Shown: positions 58,252-64,000 of the stretch, piece by piece
Position numbering within the stretch: the first letter of the stretch is position 1
Layout of the letters: every line of letters begins with the position of its first letter
Source: Nemertoderma westbladi
Taxonomy: Eukaryota; Animalia; Xenacoelomorpha
Reading direction: 5' to 3'
Length of the DNA stretch: 64,000 nucleotides
NCBI GenBank assembly: GCA_032718475.1
Contig: JAUCBJ010008717.1
Location: 1 to 64,000, forward strand
The notes under the pieces: generated by a model
The model's input: the letters and a program-made list of their open reading frames with translations, nothing else
Databases searched by the model: none
What the model was told of the DNA's origin: nothing
Program-made: the position numbers and the translations under genes

Positions 58252-59352
58252 TGTACGCGCTTTTGAAGACCTTTAGCAGTTTAACCTGCCAAAATTTATA
58301 TGTCTTTTGGTTTATCAATATACTTTAGAAGATGACAAATATTTAATACCAATAAACACAACATTAGCAGAAGCCAGCCTAGTGCGCGTCCATTCACCCG
58401 CTGGATATTCCCGGGAGACTGGATTCTGAGGGCTTAGATTATTATTGCAGTGAAGCCTACTGTATTATTCGATTGATCGTTAATAAATAATTTCTGACTA
58501 ATATTTATTCACTTTCGGGAAATATTAACAGTTCCTTTAGGACGTGGCGCTCTATCTAGGTAAACAGAGATATGACTTATACTAATCACAACGGTAAGTC
58601 GGTAAGGCTTATGATTCACGTATGAGGCGCATTCTTTAGGAAATGCTTAGTTATCAGCCACAATCATGCACACTACCGGTAACACACAACACTGCTCACT
58701 AATTTGCCGACCGTCAATGAATTTTATCATATATAAAGAGAATAGCAACGGACTCATGTAGGGCTTATCAAATAGCATTGAATTCAATACACACCACAAT
58801 AATATAAGTCGCAATCGCTATATATATAACCCGCCTCTCTAACCTGTAGTGTATCAAGAAAATTGGGAAATTTGGGTTCTTTATAAATGTTCTCCAAATA
58901 ATATTCAACCAAACAACAGCAAACTATTAAGACGGTAGGTTAAGATATGATATGAACCGATATGTACAGTGATATGCACTGATATGGACCGATATGTGAG
59001 TTGTTATGAACCGATAACAGTCATACGCTCTATAATCTTAAGCCTACTAATGTTTCTTTCTAGAGCCGTTGTTTCTGGCTTAGACAGCAATAACAACAAA
59101 GTATCAGTAAAAAACTGTAAGACTGAACACACTCCTTATGATCGACCGAAAAGCTACACGTCGACAGGAAAAATCGCTCTGATTGGTTCAAGCCAAACAA
59201 AGAACCATGCGTCCAATGGCAGCTGTTAGATGTCGTAATATGAATCATCACGGCTAAGCTATGAAAGGTATTTGTCGCATTGCAGGTTTTTTGTCTTACC
59301 ATGTCCGCTAAAACACGTAGATAGCAGAATGACTTTTATGTCCGTTAAAACA
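58252..59352 (-). repeat. 3' LTR of copy B
   Basis: Homologous to 2908-3983, e.g. CGCCACGTCCTAAAGGAACTGTTAATA and TCTCCCGGGAATATCCAGCGGGTGAATGG shared. Confidence 0.6.
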
Positions 59353-59561
59353 CCTGTAACGGTACCTTGAGGGCGAGGGGAATATATATACAGTTAGAGA
59401 ACCTTTTTAGAGTATTCCAGCGCCTGGGGGGAAACTGGATTGCGAAGCAAAGGGGCCAGTTATATCCCACAGAAGCTTTTACACCGCTCCCAGAAAATGG
59501 GATTTGAGTCTATAAAATATACAAAATCACAGTTTCTAATATACGTAAATACTCTAAACAG

Positions 59562-60560
59562 TTAGTCTTTCTTGCGCGGACGGCGTTTACGCAGTTTTTT
59601 AAAGCTAGCCAGAGTCCTTTTCTCTTTGGGGCGAGCCACTTTACAAGGAGGGCTATAACTCCTGGGTGAAGGGTGCAATATGATTGCATCAGAGGGTGTA
59701 GGATTATGGTCGGTGTATCCGTCAGTCGAAGTACCGGGTTGATGGACATCAACGTCAGGTGAGAGGGGTCTAACGGCTTTGAGAGCTCGTTTCAAGACAG
59801 CCGCTCTTACGGGTCCTTTACGAGTGGTCTGAACGAGGGCCGTGGGTGGACCATAGGCAGTTAGAAACTTCCGGGGTTTAATGGTCCGTTCCAACTCGCG
59901 TTCGCGGGCTCGGTATTCGTAAGGCCGTCGATATACTTCCTGTAACTCAGGGTGTGAGTTAACAAACAAGTCTCCATAGTCCGGATCCTGACGGATATAA
60001 TTGATTAAGTTATAGGAATGAAGGTCGCTAGGATTAACACTCCTGAGAAATTTGCGTACGAATTTGGTTGAAATACATTCTCCGACGCGCTTCAGTAGCT
60101 CGTAACTTGATATGCGTGATTTCTGTTCAACCGAAGCGAATAGATAAGGATGGAACGCATAAACTCCTTCGTAAGCGCGTCCGGGATAATAGCGATGGCG
60201 CGAATCGCTTCCCAAGCTCTGATGTAATGCAGTGTGATCATTTCATCTACGCTTTCCAAATCGTGATTAAAAGGGCAGTCGAAACTAGCATGTCCCTTTA
60301 GTTGACAATGGTGACATTGAGTCATAAATTGAGGGCAAACCGCAAAGATATGCAATATGCGCAATAAATTTCCATAGTCGGTTGTTCTTGGAAATAGGAA
60401 CAGCGGACGTTGGTGTCCATGGGCGTATCGTGGTCTCTCGATGCGCATAACCGACAACGTTACCTAGAAACATAGTTGGCATGTCGATAATCGTACGCAG
60501 TGAGACACTGTGGACCTTGATACCATTCTAGGATGTAATCATTGTCGCTGTTCCGGGCGC
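59562..60560 (-). pseudogene. Frameshifted, partly deleted copy of the CCHC accessory ORF
   Basis: ORF pieces 60285-60482, 60092-60457 and 59562-60215 match the C-terminal ~60% of 904-2679. Confidence 0.85.
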
Positions 60561-60576
60561 GATAGGCTGAATCTCC

Positions 60577-60975
60577 TCAGATTCTAGGCATATTGGTTCG
60601 TCTTCCCAGTCTGTTACGAATAGAATTTTCGTGATCTATTCTCGGTTTATCGTTCCGACTCCGCTGGGTATGATATTCAAATAGAACCATTTCCCTTTCG
60701 GTGTCTACATCGTCCGTATCATGTAAATCGATAGGATGGCCGGTAGTTAGGAAGTCCATATACGTACTATTACGATGCGTATAGCGCGCGGTGGGTTTTC
60801 GATAGTCCAATTCACGCGCAAGTTGCTCTTGGGACATCGGCGGTTCGATATAACGACCATCGTCCTCCGTAATGGTTGGATCGGCTTCACCGCGTATTAA
60901 GCTATCCACAAATGCTTGCAAAGGTAGAGTATATCGCTCCTTGATACCAAGATCATCTTCTATCAACTCCGTCAT
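60577..60975 (-). CDS. Second accessory ORF of the BEL family (132 aa, unknown function)
   Basis: C-terminus conserved with 3-137; preceded by a CAG acceptor-like site. Confidence 0.5.
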   Translation of the reverse strand: MTELIEDDLGIKERYTLPLQAFVDSLIRGEADPTITEDDGRYIEPPMSQEQLARELDYRKPTARYTHRNSTYMDFLTTGHPIDLHDTDDVDTEREMVLFEYHTQRSRNDKPRIDHENSIRNRLGRRTNMPRI

Positions 60976-62604
60976 ATCTGCTATCTGAGTTTGTTAATAT
61001 CGAAATGAGTTTATGTTTAGGCGAGCGGACGTCGCTGCCTACCTCTCTTTGCCCCCGGACAGTGGGATCCTCAGCGCCGATGTACCGTTGTCGCGGTGTT
61101 TACGCCAACATGTAGCAACAGTACGACAACGATAACCGGCACAAGTCACTCCACTGTCCGTCCCAAAGGCTTGAATCCACTTTAGGTTCTTTCTATAGGA
61201 GAGTTGGGTTACTTTCACAATTGCGACTAGCTACTGTAAACACACCTTAGCAGTAACATTCACCTACAAACGCACAAATTCCACACAACTGTCACCAATT
61301 GTACACATACAGGCCATTTGTCCGTTAGTCAGTGCCTTCCAGAATGTCACGTTATTACTGTGTATCCTTGGATACTAACAGTGTGCTATATTCTCTATGC
61401 TATGCAATGGGACAAGCTTTCTATTGTTCTTTTAACTTGCTTCTAATTCTAGCGTGGGTGTTGCTATGGTGACATTATGGAATGCTAGCGGTAGAATTAG
61501 GGTAATTCTCATGCATACAGATCTGGGATGCTATTTAATAATAATTCTTTATTTGTCAATATCCTCTTTATGCATGATTTTATTAATTTTATTGGCTATT
61601 GACTATATGTCGGAGATTCTCGCACTCTAATACACTCAATAGGATGAATCTCCGCTCCCATGATCTATTAATTAATGGAATTTTGGGAATGTTATAAATT
61701 GTACAAAATGACAATTTATGAAATTCATTTAAAATATGAATTTAAATTTATTCCCGTGAATTTTATTATTTGATGTTAAAATTGACACAATTTGATTCCA
61801 GAGCAGGTCTGGGGACATAGGATCCTTAATTCTATGAAATTTGTCTTTTAAGAGTATCGGTAAGTGCTACGATATCTTAATCGACTAGAATTGTTAACGG
61901 ATCTGAATTTTACAGATTTTAATAAATATTAAATTAATATTTAAGATGGGCACCGATTTATTCCAGAACTTGTCTGGGGACGTTAACCACTGATTCTATA
62001 ATTTGTCTTTCAAGTATATCGGTGGGTGCCGCGATATCTTAATCGACTAGAATTACAGATGGTCAAAAAGGTTTAACATATTTATTTGCGTTTTACGCTA
62101 CTGTTATAGGGACATCACGCTACTATATGTATTATTATATATGGTATGAGAGCAATATCGCACGAAGCAATGTCAGTGTGAAGAGGCAAGTCGTTTCCAA
62201 GGTCTACCCAGAGCTTGGTTTAGCCGAGACACGAGGATCTGAACTTTGCATTCCTAATACTCTGCCTACCAATAATACTTGAATATAGTAGTGGCTTTAT
62301 TGTACTTTAATAATAAGTACGGACATTTCATCTTACTGTAGTCACGTATTTATAATAGGATACGGACAGTAAGGAAATAGAAAAATAATTATTTCTCGCC
62401 GTCACACTAAATATATATTATAAGTAATTACGTACGTAATAAACACTAATATATTGCACTAATCTACTAAATAATCACTAAAATATCATTCTACTAAATA
62501 AAATTAAAGAAAACGATTATAATAAAATGACATAATAATACATACATAAATATAAAATAAAACAAATATAAAATGATATAGTCACACGCCCACTCCATAT
62601 GTTA

Positions 62605-64000
62605 TTACGTTATGGAGTCCCTAGATATTTGTCGGATTAGGGAAGTGGTCGTAGGAAGAGTATCTTGCCTTCCATAGTTTCCGGACAGTTTTTGGTCTCT
62701 TTCCCGTAAACATAAACGACTAGCTTGGCGATTAAGTTGTTGTGTTACTTTCTCCGCTCCCTTGGCCTGTCTAATCTCCGCCGGGGTAAGATAAGGAGGC
62801 CATTCTTCTTCTTCCTTACTTAAGAAGTCGGATCCACCTAACCAGCCTGGAGTATCTATCAGTTCTTGAGGAGTTGCTCCTCTGGAAGCGATGTCGGCTG
62901 GATTAATCGTCCCAAGGCAATGTCTCCATTGATCTACATTGGAGTTAATATCGTCATTATCTGAGGAGTATGGTGTTCCCTCAGTTGGATCGTCCACATC
63001 ACTGCGCTCCACTTCCCATTCCTTTACTTGGTATACCTGTTGTTGAGGTAATCTCTCTTTGAGAGTTCTACGGGAAGGGCCAGTGAAGTACCAACCTACT
63101 CTAGTTCTTACCGCATAGGTTTGTAGTGGCTGCGGTTGAGCAGGCCGTTTCTCCAATGTCTCGAGCGCCTCATGCGCGTTTTGGCCGATGAGTATTTGCA
63201 CTCCAGGATAATCTGTCTGGAATCGAGGTATCTTAAGATGTTGGATGCTCTCATCCTCGTCCCAATTATAAAGGTCTGCTTGGGTAGTAGCGAAGTTCTT
63301 TATAGCCACCATTTTTACTGACCTTATACTTTGCGCTCCTAATTTATCCTGGGGGGTGGACAACGCACCTACATAGTAATCTGCCGTTATGGTAGATTTC
63401 CAAACCTGTATAATTCCGGACATATTCAACTTAGTTTGGAATTTGGGTTGTCCAGCAAAGATATCTTCGGCTAGTTCTTGCTCGATGAATGTTCCTGTGC
63501 TGCCGGAGTCAAGGAGGGCGTTCACTATGTAACTTTTGTTAGGACCGTGAACTCTTACCTGCACTACAGGAAATTCTCTGATTCCTACATTGGAAGTTGG
63601 AGTTTTCCAAGATGGTTGTTTGTCAAAAGTAGTTGGGGGAAACTCATTGGTGGTGTCTTTTTCGTAAGTAAGTGCTCGATACACCGCGGTATTGATTAGG
63701 TAACAGGATTCGTTGGCGTCGGAGAATTCGTCAGTATAGAATCCTTCCATCTCAGATTCTTGATCAGTGTCATTTACATCACTGAATTGGACATGTAGTT
63801 CGGGCTCACTTACCTGACTCTGGTTGTTTCGTTCGAACTCACTGTGTAACAAGATGTGATGTTTCGCGCCACACTTTGCACACTTTACGTCGGAGTAACA
63901 GGTTCGCCGTTGGTGTCCTGATCTGAGGCAATTATAGCATAACCGCTTATTCCACAGGACTGTACGTCTGTCTACAAGGGATTTCTTTAGAAATTCAGCA
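62605..64000 (-). CDS. BEL/Pao gag end and aspartic protease, fused to a post-RNaseH remnant
   Basis: LCYNCLRSGHQRRTC, NALLDSGSTGTFI, VQILIG, YAVRTRVGWYFTGP, then QWRHC...NPADIASRG...WLGG..FL; 5' end outside window. Confidence 0.85.
   Translation of the reverse strand, partial: AEFLKKSLVDRRTVLWNKRLCYNCLRSGHQRRTCYSDVKCAKCGAKHHILLHSEFERNNQSQVSEPELHVQFSDVNDTDQESEMEGFYTDEFSDANESCYLINTAVYRALTYEKDTTNEFPPTTFDKQPSWKTPTSNVGIREFPVVQVRVHGPNKSYIVNALLDSGSTGTFIEQELAEDIFAGQPKFQTKLNMSGIIQVWKSTITADYYVGALSTPQDKLGAQSIRSVKMVAIKNFATTQADLYNWDEDESIQHLKIPRFQTDYPGVQILIGQNAHEALETLEKRPAQPQPLQTYAVRTRVGWYFTGPSRRTLKERLPQQQVYQVKEWEVERSDVDDPTEGTPYSSDNDDINSNVDQWRHCLGTINPADIASRGATPQELIDTPGWLGGSDFLSKEEEEWPPYLTPAEIRQAKGAEKVTQQLNRQASRLCLRERDQKLSGNYGRQDTLPTTTSLIRQISRDSIT

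Larger units (their letters stand above)
58252..64000 (-). mobile_element. BEL/Pao LTR retrotransposon copy B (RT/IN deleted), running off the window
   Basis: Gag knuckles CYNCLRSGH...C..CAKC..HH, protease, accessory ORFs and an LTR homologous to 1-3983. Confidence 0.85.

Overview
Repeat-dense eukaryotic (invertebrate-like) DNA made almost entirely of nested mobile elements; no host gene is clearly supported. The centrepiece is a near-intact 17.84 kb Polinton/Maverick (adintovirus-like endogenous virus) at 33900-51739. It has 320-bp TIRs (AGTAGT...ACTACT), a 6-bp TSD (TAGGTT) and the full core gene set (packaging ATPase, rve integrase, two tandem minor capsid proteins, major capsid, adenain protease, pPolB). 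Its accessory genes are unusual: a TBP-like protein overlapping the pPolB stop, a PC4-like ORF, a RING finger, and a possible Pol III A/B-box RNA. It is inserted in one arm of a ~1.7 kb CACTA-ended foldback element. Also present: a 13.9 kb RT-less BEL/Pao-like LTR element (7348-21204, TSD GATAA) carrying an intact intronless alpha-kinase ORF and a second BEL fragment; two copies of another BEL/Pao family with a CCHC-rich accessory ORF downstream of pol; five LINE fragments, one with a 2A-like motif split by another LINE; a 5.7 kb 38-bp satellite; and smaller tandem repeats. All assignments come from reading motifs by eye; no database searches were run.
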